A stretch of DNA of 64,000 nt from Trichodelitschia bisporula. Its lineage: Eukaryota. Of the stretch, positions 20,168 through 32,198 are shown one piece after another. Each line of letters opens with the position of its first letter. Position 1 is the stretch's first letter. Both the position numbers and the translations under genes were made by a program. The stretch is taken from NCBI GenBank assembly GCA_010356995.1, contig ML996694.1, positions 805,224-869,223 of the forward strand. The letters are read 5' to 3'. Below the pieces are notes generated by a model that worked only from the letters and a program-made list of their open reading frames with translations, was not told the DNA's origin and did not search any database.

Positions 20168-23100
20168 CTAGTGCACCACATTCGCCGGATCCATCTCATA
20201 ATGCCGCTGCGTCGACGGACTAGGATAATTCCCGCTCATACGCGAGTGCGACCGGCTGGCACTGAGCGAATGTCGCGCATGGCTATGAGTGTGCGAGTGG
20301 CTGTGACGATTCGCCCTCGATAGCGACCCGACGTCATGTTTGCCTGACCCAGTTAGCCACCACCACCTCCAATTTCATACAGGGCAGTAGAGCACTCACC
20401 ATCACAGCACGCCCGCACATTCTCCAACCGCGCCGCCTCGCGCTCCTGAGCCTCTATCACCTTACGCAGATCCTCCGCCGAATCGCGCGTCTCATCCACC
20501 CCCTCGCCTAACTCGCTGCGCTGCCCCTGGCGGCTGCTCATGGACTCGCGAATTGACGAAGACGACCGGAACACGCCGCTCAGCGAGCTCAGACGCCCGG
20601 AGAGCGAGCTCTGCGGTTGCATCGACTGCGGGCGTTGCGCCTTAAGCTGGTCGTTCATCCGCCGCTGTGTAATGGTCTGCTGGCGCGACGGGGAGACGGT
20701 GCGCACCGTCGCGCGGCTGACGTATGAGCCCATAGAGGCGCGGGAGCGGCCCGTCATACGCGAGGCGGTGCGGCTGTGGGCGGGGTTGAATTCCTCAATG
20801 TCTTCCGTCGGTTCGGCACCAGACCCTCCTTCCTCGCCGTCGTTTTTCAGCAAGAGATAGGAGAGGGCGTTGAACCAGGTCTCGTGGCGCTGGCTTGTCG
20901 GAGCTGTGATTTTGAGGCTACGGCTCGGGGTCACGATGACTAGGGACTTGCGGTGCAGACCCGGAGGGAAGGGGTTATCATCTGTAACGACGCGAACTGC
21001 CTCGATGTTGAGGCTCTTGGCCTTGAGTGCCTCGCGGCTGGCAGTAGCGGGATCCTGGTCGCTCCAATATATGGTACGCGTGTACGGGTGGACCCAGAAA
21101 AAGCGCTTGTGGCGCGTCGATGACAAATCCGAGCCCACGGTCTTGCGCGTGTACTTCCACAAATACTCGCCCATCATAGTCTGCGTAATGGCCTGGATCA
21201 TGCGCGGATCTGAGACATTGTTCGGGTCCAAGGTGGGGTCCGATGACCGAATGTTGAAGCGATAGTCGAGCTCCGTAGCAAACGACGAAACAGATGATCG
21301 CCGGCTCTGCGGTGTCATAGTGCCGCGGGGATTCGAATGCATCGGTCGCATTGATCCCGGCTTCGACGCGCCCGGCGAGGCTTGAACCGGAGTCCGCGGC
21401 CGGAACGCCTGGCTCGCGCGGTATGCCGAAGCTGGCATCATCGGCGGGCCCATCGTTCCAGGCGAAGGAGCAGGTGCATGGATTGGAGTTTTCTGTGCCG
21501 CAGCGGCAATGACCTGCTTCGCTTCCGCTGGCAGAGGCGGCGCTGGCGACGCAAGACGAGCCTTAATGCTGCCTGAGCTTCCAGGCCGACGCGGGCCACG
21601 GACGTCTGAGGGTACTACGAACTCCCTCGACCTGCGAGGGCTGAGCTGGCCAGCCTTCACTGGGCCGTTCGGGCCGATTATGCTTGCCGGGGAGGAGAAT
21701 TGTCCAGCTAGCGCATCCGGAGGGGAAGAGGGCCGTGCGTGGAGAAGTTTGTCGATATCCTGCGCGGAAAGCGTAGTCTGCGTCCCGAGGGCGCGGCTAT
21801 CGACGCGAGGCGGCCACTGTACGCCATTGGTTTGCGCATTGCCGTTGATGGGCTGGAAGGGCGTGCGTCCGGACTCCGAATGAGCGGCTTGCGATGTCTC
21901 GTCGATTTGGCGAGGTGCTTGACTAGTCTCGTCTTCCACAATGTCGACGGACTTGTTCCGCCTGAACATATTGCCCAGTAGCCGGCCAGACTTGGACTGG
22001 TCACTCTTTGGCGGCAAGCTCGAGCCGACAGCGATAACTGACACAGGCGAGTCATTAGCGGATGAGGGAGATTCTGGAATGAGGACGGGAGGTATCGGAG
22101 CATTGATCGGCTCGGACTCGAGCACGCGGATAGCAGACAGCGATAACTGAATCTCCGCGGGCTTGGGCTCAGGTGCTTCCGCTACGGGAACGGGCACCAC
22201 AATCGGTACGGGTGCCGGTGGAGGCGTGTACTCAACGGGCTCTACCACTTGAGACTGAATGGTCGAAACCTGTAGAGGTACAGGTGAAGGTAGCTGGTGC
22301 TCCACAGGCTCAACATGATGTGAGACAACGTTTGCGAATTGAAGCTCTGGCAAAGGCTCCGCTTCCTTCTCCACGGGCAGAGGAGCCGGTACCTGGTGCT
22401 CCACAGGCTCAATGTGATGTGAGACAACATTCCCGAACTGAAGCTCTGGCAAAGGCTCCGCTTCCTTCTCCACGATCACAGGAGCCGGTATATGGTGCTC
22501 CACAGGTTCCACGTGATGCGACACGATCGCAGCTGACTGAAGCTCTGGGAGAAGTTGTGCTTCCTTCTCCACCGGCTCGACATGCTGGCAAGCGACGTGG
22601 GAAACGCTGAGCGAAGGCGGGGCGGCCGCCTCGAGGGGTAAAATATCCTGGCTAAAGGTCTTCGAGACTTCTAAGGAAGGAAGAGATTTCTCAACCACCG
22701 GAGCAGGGGCGGGCTCCTCGATATGTCTAGCATCTGCGCCCGCCTTGGCATCAGCGGCTTCAGAGATCCCAGCCCATGAAAGCGCACCCGCAGCGGCAGC
22801 GCCCAAAACAGTCGACAGACCTGCTCCCTTATGCCCAGGTTCCCAGGGTTCAGTCATCATGCCGGTGGAAACCATGACCGGGGCGTCGATAGACGTCGAT
22901 TTGCTTAATTGACTGGGCATCCGACGAATCACCTCAGGTGAGCCGCGTCTAGATGGAGCACCAATGCTCTTGGGCGTACCATCCTCCGTCTCGGGATCAC
23001 TCAGATTGCCAAGCTCAGCAAACAGGCTCTGACCGGCTTGTGGAGTCCCAACACTGCTCGTGATGCTGGGTGCAGGCGAGCTACGCAGCTCGGGTTCGCG

Positions 23101-24993
23101 AAAATCAGCTCCGCTCGGGCCAGAGTTCGTGCGACTAGTGCCCCGGCGGAAAGATCCACGGCCGACACGCAACTTGTAGCGCGCATTTTGGGCCTGAATG
23201 GGCGTCCGGGTGTAGTCGTCGGCATCGTCTCCAGACGTCGAGGCAGTGCTCTGGAACGAATAGCGGGCGGTGGGTGCGGGACGTTTACCGGCGGCAACCT
23301 TAGACGGGCCTCCGTCTTCGGTCTCAGTCAGGTCATCGCCACTGTCGCCGTCAAGAGTCTCGGCACCAGTGTGAAAGGCCTCCGTCTCCGTGTTGTCGGC
23401 ACCCGCCTCATTCGCAGTCTCAAAGGCATCTGAGTTTTCTGTAGCAGTAACATAAGCGTCGGTGTTGTCGTTTGAGCGTGAGAGGTTGAAAGCAGAGCCA
23501 GCACCATTGGGGCGCCCGTCGACTGGCATAAGAAGTGGGGACCGACTTGGCGTGGTCTGGCCGTCATGATCCTCCCAGTCCGGATCATCCAGAATGACCT
23601 CATTCCTACCGGAGCGGGGCGCTCCAAGCCTGTCGGGACGCGTGGGCTTCTTGAACAGGTCGTTTTGTGCAGCCTTTGCCCGCTTCTTCGACGCACTGTC
23701 GACACCGCCGTTGGTCCGCCGCGCCTCCAATTCATCACGAGTTTCCTGAAGCAGCCGCCGCAGCTCGAATTTCTCAGTCTTCTCACGATGGACATTACTC
23801 TTCAGGTTCTGAATCGTCCTTAGGGCATGATTGTACGAGCTCCGAAGTGTCTCTGTCTCAAGCGCACCGTGACGAGGTGTAGCCTTGCTAGGCGAGCCAG
23901 GCGGCGAGTTGTCCGGAGTCTCATGGTCATTCTCGGCGTCATCGTCGTCCAGATCCAAGTCTTGAGCAGCGGCACGCTCATCGAGTCTCGACCGGTAAGC
24001 AAAGGCCTGTGCCAGATCCTTGTTCTGCGATTCCAGTTGGTCAATGCGACGTTGCAAGTTGCCGCGTTCGGACTCGGAAGCCGTGATGTTTCGTTTCAGG
24101 GAGGATATCTCCGCCTCCTGGTGCTTGTTCACCACAGTTTGCTCCTCGCTAAACTTGCCATGGGTCAGTTTCAGCTCCTCGAAATCGCGCTCCAGGGCTG
24201 CCTTTTCCGTCTTCGCCGTGTTGAAGTTGTGGCTGAGGCGCTCCTCGCGATCCGTGGCCTCCTTCTGCGCAGTCATGAGTTCCTGAAGCTGTGTTTCTAG
24301 CGCCCAGTTGCGGTCCTTGCAGCGCTGCTCGCTCTCGTCGAGCGCTCGCAAGCGCTGCTTGAGGGTTTCGACATCCTCCTCGAGCTGTGATCTCTCAGCA
24401 TCCACAGACTTGAACGCCTCGTCCCGCTCAATTAGGGCAGCCTGGAGGTCACGGATTTGCTGTACAAGAGTGGAGCTGATCTCAGTCGCAAGCTTGAGGT
24501 CGTTCGAGCGAGTGGACGGCTGATTTCGCTGTTTGCGCGACGGCGCCTGGACCTTGGTCGGGGAATTGTACGCGTCACTGGAGAACACAGTGCCATCGGC
24601 CACCTCAGACACGATGCGGGATTTGCCCACAAAGGCACGAGCGGTTTCCCGTGAAACATCTTGCACCTCTCTCTCCAACTCGGCCAGCTTCTGACGCAAT
24701 TCCGGCTCGATCTCATCGTCCTTCTGTTGTGCCTCAATGTCCCTCAGACGCTCTGCCAATTCCTGGCGCTGTTTGACGAGCACGGTGCCCAAGCGCGATG
24801 CCTCCTGCAGACGACGCTCGGTTTCGGAAATGTGTGCCTCGAGGGCGCGCTTGGCCTGTGATGGAGAGCCTTGTGAAAAGAGTGATTGCTGGTGCAGTCC
24901 GGAGAAGCGGTTGCGATCGAGGTGCGGAGTAGAGAAGGGATCGGAATCACCCAAAGGCATTGCGCCCGCCGGCGGGTTCGCGCTTGTCGCCAT
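20168..24993 (-). CDS. NUM1: Cortical nuclear-migration protein ApsA/Num1 (intron 20344-20399)
   Basis: N-terminal coiled coil and a C-terminal PH domain (ITQTMMGEYLWKYTR...RHKRFFWVHPYTRTIYWS...HETWFNAL). The spliced end reads ACCDG|KHDVGSL. Confidence 0.93.
22294..22580 (-). repeat. Intragenic 99-nt (33-aa) tandem repeat, about 3 copies
   Basis: Units EKEAEPLPELQFxNVVSHHVEPVEHQxPAP begin on the + strand at 22294, 22393 and 22492. Confidence 0.85.
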
Positions 24994-26224
24994 AGCTGGC
25001 CGTCAGCGTACGGCGACGGAGCAGCAGCGGCGATGATCAAGCGAAGGTAGGAAGGCTAATCGGCGTGGGGCGGAATAGGTTTGTGATCGTAGGAACGTGC
25101 TGCGCAAAAACAAGGTGGAAAGCGGGGGCGAGCTGCAGGGTGAGGCCAACGAATGAAACAGCGGATAGAAATCAGGGCACTGCGGGGTGGAGTGAAAAGA
25201 GGCGTCCGTGACGTGGTAGAGAATAGGTGAAGGGAAAGAAAGGACGTCCTGACGAGGGAAACGTTTGGGTTGATGGTGTTGATGATGGGATTGCGGAGTG
25301 TCAAACACAGGGAGGAGACGCGCTCTTCGGCGGAGGGCGAATTATCGGCCAGCGGGGGGGCGTGGCGCTAAGCCGTGACACGCCAGCCAAACACAAATTT
25401 AGCTGCTCAACGTCCCTTTGACGCGATGGCCGTTGTAAGAATATCGTACGGACGACAGTAGTAAGAGTAGATGGATCGTCTTGGGGCGTACAGCTCCGCT
25501 GCTAACAGATGCAAGGTGGTCCGTCAGTCGCAGCCTCAGCGAAAAAGATGCAGCTTGCGCAGTGAGCCTTAACCGTGATGACGGCGTGTGTTTGCCAAGC
25601 TCGAAGGAGAGTGGGCGGTCCTTGCAGATACGGGCAGCCTCGATTTGTTTGTTTTGGTTCCATGCATCGGCCTTCACGCTGATTGCATTGTTGCTCGCGC
25701 CCGGGTTCTTGTACGCTTCGTAAGGCCAAACACGCTATCACCGGCCATTGGTTCTTGAATTGATTACCCGCTGACTGTGACGACGGTCAACGACTTCGGT
25801 GACTCGGTAAAGCACCCGATACACAGTACTACCGTAGGATCTGTTGATGCACTCCGCATTCACGTCACAGACACTTCTTAGCATATCGACCAATGGGGAA
25901 CGCGTAACGTCGAGGCATTCACTCCGAGAGAGCACGATTCGATCACAGCAACATAGGCATCGAAGCTCGCATTACCAATCTACGGCTCATGTTCAAGCTG
26001 GTTCTGCTCTCTTTCCATAACTGTTCTATGCTCCTTCTATGAGCAATGTCCCTTGCATCTGAAGATTTGGAAAGTCACCATCAACTGAACGCCACCCACG
26101 CCACACGGGCATTATGTAAGCACGATTTGATGTGGCGGTGTTAGATGTCGCGCATTCAAAGTCTCCATCATCCAACACCACAAACACTGATAAACCCCTT
26201 TTTCTGCACCCCTCGACGCCTACG

Positions 26225-27220
26225 ATGGACTCCGAACCCTCTGTCCCCGTCGTAACCTTCAAAAAACGTGGCGCCAAAGCAAACCTCCGCAAACGGCCCG
26301 CCACCCCGCCTCCCGCCTCCTCAGAATCCGAAGAATACACCTCCGAGTCGGACTCGGGCCGCAAGATCAAGCGGCGGCGCAAGACTGCCGTCGTCACGGC
26401 GTCCTCGAAAGATGCGCCCGCAGCAAAGGAGGATACGCTCGTCCCCACCGTTTTCACCGCCGACCGTTCCGCCACCATCGCCTCCGTCAACGACGCCACG
26501 AAGCAGTCGAACTGGTACGACGAGGCCGCGCCGGACGCCCTGAGTGCCCAGAACCTGCTAGGGACAACACGGGCGAAACCGGCGGCTTCGGATGAACCGC
26601 CTACCATCAACGGCACGTACAAGGGCGCAGCCAACTACCAGACCTACATCCAGAAGAACCCGAATGCGCTGGCGAAGACGGTCGGGCCGATGAAGGCAGC
26701 GACGAATATCCGCACCGTCACTATCACCGACTTTGCGCCTGATGTGTGCAAGGACTACAAGCAGACGGGATTCTGCGGCTTTGGCGATAGCTGCAAGTTC
26801 TTGCACGCGCGCGAGGATTACAAGCAGGGATGGGCGATTGACCGCGAGTGGGAGATTCAGACCAATGGCAAGAAGCCTCAGGGCCAGGTTGTCGCGTCGG
26901 CAAATCGCGGCAAGGGCGAGGAGGCAGAGGATGAGGCAGATGCTGCGCTGCTGGAGAAGATTCCGTTCGCTTGCGTTATTTGCAAGGGGGACTATAAGGA
27001 CCCGATAGTGACTCGGTGTAGTCACTACTTCTGTGAGGCGTGTGCGCTGCAGAGATACCGAAAGAAGCCGGACTGTGCGGTTTGTGGTGCCAGCACCAAT
27101 GGTGTTTTCAATATCGCGAAGAACTTGAAAAAGCTTTTGGATCGGAAGAAGAAGCGCGAAGAGCGCATCAAGGAGAAGGAGGAAAAGGAAAAGGCAGCCA
27201 GCGAGGCTGAGGGCAAGTGA
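26225..27220 (+). CDS. CWC24: Pre-mRNA splicing factor Cwc24 (CCCH + RING)
   Basis: PDVCKDYKQTGFCGFGDSCKFLH and IPFACVIC...TRCSHYFCEAC...CAVC. Confidence 0.96.
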   Translation: MDSEPSVPVVTFKKRGAKANLRKRPATPPPASSESEEYTSESDSGRKIKRRRKTAVVTASSKDAPAAKEDTLVPTVFTADRSATIASVNDATKQSNWYDEAAPDALSAQNLLGTTRAKPAASDEPPTINGTYKGAANYQTYIQKNPNALAKTVGPMKAATNIRTVTITDFAPDVCKDYKQTGFCGFGDSCKFLHAREDYKQGWAIDREWEIQTNGKKPQGQVVASANRGKGEEAEDEADAALLEKIPFACVICKGDYKDPIVTRCSHYFCEACALQRYRKKPDCAVCGASTNGVFNIAKNLKKLLDRKKKREERIKEKEEKEKAASEAEGK

Positions 27221-27463
27221 GAAGAGCTCTTGCTTTTAGAGTTGCTCCTGCTGAGTTGTATATACCCCTTAAATGAAGTGTCGTTTCGGTTCATAGTCCG
27301 CTAGTTTTGTGGGCCGATTGGATCATCATAGGTAAGGAATGCGTACCCTTAGCTCTAAGAAGTGCTCCATGTATGTGAGTTGGGCTCCCTTCGCTGACAA
27401 TCTCCCCAACGCCATTTTGACGATCTTGAACTTGGTCTCCAAAAAATTCACCGTAAATTCATG

Positions 27464-27544
27464 AGTCCAATGGTCTAGCGGTATGACGTCTGCTTCACAA
27501 GCACAGGGCGCAGAAGGTCCTGGGTTCGACCCCCAGTTGGACTA
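27464..27544 (+). tRNA. tRNA-Val(CAC) with a 9-nt intron (27500-27508)
   Basis: Acceptor stem AGTCCAA/TTGGACT; D arm GTCTAGCGGTATGAC; anticodon stem TCTGC/GCAGA with CAC at 27496-27498; T arm CTGGG-TTCGACC-CCCAG; T runs downstream. Confidence 0.93.
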
Positions 27545-28347
27545 TGACTCCATTTTTCGTCTTTTTGCATCGCAAAGCAAACACTCACTTTTGAGCATGC
27601 GCACATATCCTTTTGACCAGTGCGTTGTCATGGAGCGAGTCCGGTCGTCATTGAACCCAGATGCCAGTTTTGTGGATGGGGTCGAATTAAAGTTCCGCCC
27701 GCCGCCCGAGCGGTGGGGCTGATCGACGGACGTGCGTCAGGCTGAGATGAAGGCTCTGAGCTTCCTGCTCTCTGTGGAAACTGTATTTCGGAGTACTTTA
27801 AGCGCTTTCATATGATACAAAGGTCGGTACGGGCAGTCCGGAGAATGTCTAGATCCCTGGAGTCATGAGCATTACACTGCGATTATGGAGGGAATTTTCG
27901 GACTTGCAAGTGCCAAACGATAGCAAGATCCACGGCCACGGAAGTCGCTGGCAGAGCAGTATTCACAGCAATCACAGCGTGAACCACAAGTCAGGATGGC
28001 TGCGTCAAAGGATTCAGTTCAATCCAAAGCTCCATAATTGGGGCAACAGCGTTCAACTGTCAAATGCAGTCAGGGTTGCTTCAAAGTCTACTAGAGACCA
28101 AGACGCTCGCCCTGCTGCCTCCAGAAAAGTATATGCCACAAGGAATCCATGAGCATCCTCACTATCCTTCGCAGCTCCGGACGAGGGCACCACTGGCGAT
28201 AGGTGCCTTCCTCTTGAGTCTCACCCCGCTCCCTTCCTTCCCAAGTCCGCCTGATCGCACCTTCCGTCTCTTCCGATGACGTACACACCTCGCTAACAGT
28301 ACACCCAAACCTTATGATATACAGCCCCACATCGCTCCTAACAGTCC

Positions 28348-28966
28348 TCAAACTCGTTGTTCGACCGCATCCATCACATCAACCATCAAATCCATCTCTT
28401 TGCGTACAGCATCCTTCCAGTTCGCCCAAGTCCTGCCAGCAGGATACCTTCTTGCGGTGTCTGCCTCCCAATCTCGCAAGAAGCTGATCAGACAACTGCC
28501 TAACTGGCAGCGGTGCCGCCTGCCAAACCAGCAATGAGGTCGCCTAAGCCAACTTGACGCTCTGTACGAGATATAGGTCAGTATGAGTTCTTGCTTTTGT
28601 TTCATGTGCGTCAAGGCTGAATGGTGAAAGAACGCCTCTAGACGTCGCCACGGTGCTGAGGAAAACGCGGGCGAGAACGTAGGGCATTGCCGCAACGAGT
28701 GGCTGCTTGTCGACGCATCTATCAAAGCCTTTGATGAAAGCAATCGACACTTCGTTCCGGGTACGGTGGCGCAAGCCGCGAGAAGGTCAAGACTCCAGGA
28801 ATCAAAAATACGTACTAGTCAACCAGTCATCGCCCGGCTTTCCATTAACGTCAATAATGCCAATCGTCGTTGCTGGAGCTACGCCAGCTGCTGGCACAGC
28901 CACCGGGGCTGCTGACACCAGCAGAGTGAAGTAAACGATAGTCGCACACAGCCTGCTGCACACCAT
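28348..28966 (-). CDS. Possible small secreted protein (exon structure and 3' end uncertain)
   Basis: Signal-like start MVCSRLCATIVYFTLLVSAAP; TATAAA about 100 nt upstream; GTACGT donor at 28815. Downstream exons are not resolved. Confidence 0.35.
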
Positions 28967-30049
28967 TTTGAAGGATGGAATTCGGACGTGGGTGGATGAG
29001 GAGTTCAAGAGCTCGACTGGGTTAAAAAGAGCTTGCTTGACGAGAAGTCATCCTGGGCCCCCTCCGGTTTATATTCCAGGTACGAAACACCCTCCTCCTT
29101 GATCTCCCCACGATTCACTGGGACTGTTGCATTCTCCATTGCAGTTGGACTGATGGAAGTGGAAGGAGAACGCCGAGCGTTTCACCTTTGTTCCGGCCAC
29201 TGGCGGCTGTGTGGCTGAGACGGCCCCTGCTCCAGATTACCGCTAAGCTCCCGTCCTACGGTAGGTCCTTCCCTTGTTTCACCAATCATTGTTTCGAAAG
29301 CTGCTCTGCCTTTCCGGATTGGGACTTTAAAGTCGGCTTATTCCCATAAGTTCCCAGATGGAAGTACTGTGCAGTCTTCCGCAAGATATAACAAGATCAT
29401 TTGCAAAGAAGACCGAATCACTCTCGGCAACATATCCGTCTCTATTTCCCGTTTGATGATTGCCTGCAGAATAGTGGAAGGAGGTCAAGACGTGCTGGTA
29501 GGCATCGTCGCCAAGCGTCATCGGGATAGTGAACTTCTGTCATCAGCTGACCGCCTTTCCATCCAGACAAATACTGTCGGCGGAATACCAAGTGTCCGAG
29601 CGCCCGAAATGCATTTTCCGACACCCACCGGAAGTTTTACCGGGACAAGCTTGCACTAGTCCGCCCCATACTGTGTATGTTGCTCAGAAATGAGAGCCGC
29701 TGCGAGAAGTTTGAGCGGGAACTGAGTGTGGTATGTTATACAAGAATGAGCACGGATCTCACAGGTTCACCGGGCACAGATTAGACGATGAAGGACATTG
29801 CAAGCTAAGGCTTGAGTTCGATTGGCTCTCTTCCGGAACACAAGGTTCTGTCGAGCACGTCCGCGGCCAATGGTCAACTATTATAGATGCCCGTGGCGGA
29901 GTACGCGTTACCTTCAGACGGGCGACCAGATCTTGCTGGAGTCCGTGGACCCCCAAATCTACAAGCTCCCGGACCCCTTTCTCGTTAAACTTGGATATCA
30001 CGTCCACATGGTATGATCCCGGACCTCGGGGAGCCACCGCTGGTTTTCT

Positions 30050-30640
30050 ATCGACCCGCATGCCTTTTGCTGGCATTTCCAAGATGACGATAACGGTGCG
30101 GCAACGAGTCTTTTGGGTCTGTTTGACTGTTGCATGTCCACTATCCCTCGAGTGGCGTGGGGACATGTGACCCTCAACACGTGGCTAACTACCGGGACAT
30201 GCGGAAGGCGCCATCGACCACGCAAAACATCAACGGGTGGCAAGCGCAGCAGGGAAATCTTCGACGATGAAGCTGTCGAGGTCCCCGGGACCCCTACTGG
30301 GACGTTATCGCCAACCGGAGGAGTCGCAAAGCTTCACCTCATGGAGCGGACCATCATGGTCCATCTTCTCCACGACTACTACAACGACCCTGACAACCTT
30401 TCGTTCGTGATTGCCATGCCAAAGGAGCCACACTGGCAACACACTCTTGTGTGCCTAACAACATCGATCGCTACGACTTCTATAAGGGCGGTGTGGATGT
30501 TAGCAACCAACTCCGCAAGAGCTATTAGCAACGCATGTGTACGACGTCATGCGAGATGCGAAGGTGACGGGGATTGGGAACCAACTTATCTTTGCCTGGA
30601 ACAGCATTGGCCCAATGCTAATGAACGGGAAACACCGTCC
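30050..30640 (+). mobile_element. Degenerate piggyBac-like transposase fragment
   Basis: 30451-30528 reads VPNNIDRYDFYKGGVDVSNQLRKSY*, resembling the piggyBac P..I..YN..MGGVD..DQ motif. It is interrupted by stops and frameshifts; no TIRs were identified. Confidence 0.55.
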
Positions 30641-31816
30641 TGCAGAGTGGCAACTTGCCGATACATCTGTGTCAGCGCCGGCTATGTACAGTGAAGCATG
30701 GCGCTCTGTCACGGAGAAATGGCTGAACACAATCGCTGGCTGTGGGGCGACAGGCACGGCTGGACAGGACACTTCGTTGGACGAGAAAGGAAGGCCTCCA
30801 GGGCATATCTCCCGAAGTTGAATTAGTCGGCCTGCCTGACACACAAAATGTAGTCATGGAGCTGAACGGCCATCGCAGGGACCAGAAGAAACTATGGTAC
30901 CGTACAATAAAGATGTTAAGTGCGAGCGGTTACGGATGAAAGGCGTAAAATTAAGACTTGCAATTCATCATTCTGATCCCGTGTTTGCTTCTTGAGTGTT
31001 GAGTTCCAGCCTCAAAGTGCTATTCTCAACATCTTCCAGGGCTGACTGAAATTCGACCGCATGAAGTCGATCTCGTGTCCAGTTCCAACTCTCATTCCAT
31101 CCCACCAGCGCATGGACAGCAAAATCCGACATACCCGGCGCATATGACGCCACCCACCTCCGTGGAATTTCAGAAATGAGGAACCAGCAGCATTCCCGCC
31201 CCTCGGTCGTCATCTCAATTTAACCAAGTCCACCAGTTTCCCTAAGCACAGAACTCTCTGTACCTGATCAGCACAGAGGCCAGCCGGGGAGAGGGGATAG
31301 CCCCTGCTTTCCCCCTCCGTTAACCAATCACATCGCTCCCCACACCCCGCATTCCAATCTCAGCCTCGTCTAACCCCAGACCCGCGCCCAGGTCGCCGGC
31401 TCCGGCGCCGATTACAAGCTTCGCCAGGCGGTGCGCTCAGGCCGTGGAGGATCAATGCCGGCGTGGCCCAGGGCTTGTGGTGACCTCGGACCAAGGCGTG
31501 GTCTTGCGCCCGCGCTGGCGCTTTGGGAGGGTGGCCGGGGGTGCGTGGGTACGTTTCGCGCTGTGCCCTACGTCTTTAAGGGAGCTTGTTTTTTACGCTT
31601 TGAGTTTTCTGGTTCCTGGGAGGAGGGACGGCGAGGCGAGGATAATATGAGGATATGAGTGTTTTGTCCGTGGTTGTGCTGCTAGCTGTCGGTGGTGTGG
31701 GAGGGGGGTTGCGGGGTATATAAAGATGGTGCGGGCGGCGGTGGGATGGAGTTCAAGCACCACAGACTACACGCTCATTATCATTTCAACGACGCCCACT
31801 CACTTCGGCTATCAAT

Positions 31817-32198
31817 ATGCGCTTCGCCCTCCTCTTCGTCGCGACCCTCGCCGCTGCCGCGCCCATGGCGCACCCGGCCGCGGAAGCTGAGCCGCAGCTG
31901 CGTATGTTCCCTGCCTCCCCGGTCTCGGCCCCCACTAACCAGACTAGTTGACGCGCTGCACGGCATTACTAGCGGAGCCGTTGATTTCGGCTTCGGTGTT
32001 GCGGATGGCGTGCGGGACGGGGTGCGCGGTGCGCGGGATGGAATCCGTGATGGTGTGGGTGGGGTTCTGGAAGGGGTGCGTGATGGGTTCCGTGGTGCGG
32101 CTGGTGGTGTGATTGATGGGGTCCGTGATGGGATTAATGGGGTGAGGGATGGGATTCGGGGCGGGATTGAGAGTGCGTTGCCTTGGACGAAGGAGTAG
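31817..32198 (+). CDS. Small secreted Gly-rich repeat protein, 111 aa (intron 31902-31947)
   Basis: TATATAAA near 31717; signal peptide MRFALLFVATLAAA; the GTATGT..CTAAC..TAG intron keeps frame; DGVR/DGIR repeats. Confidence 0.85.
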
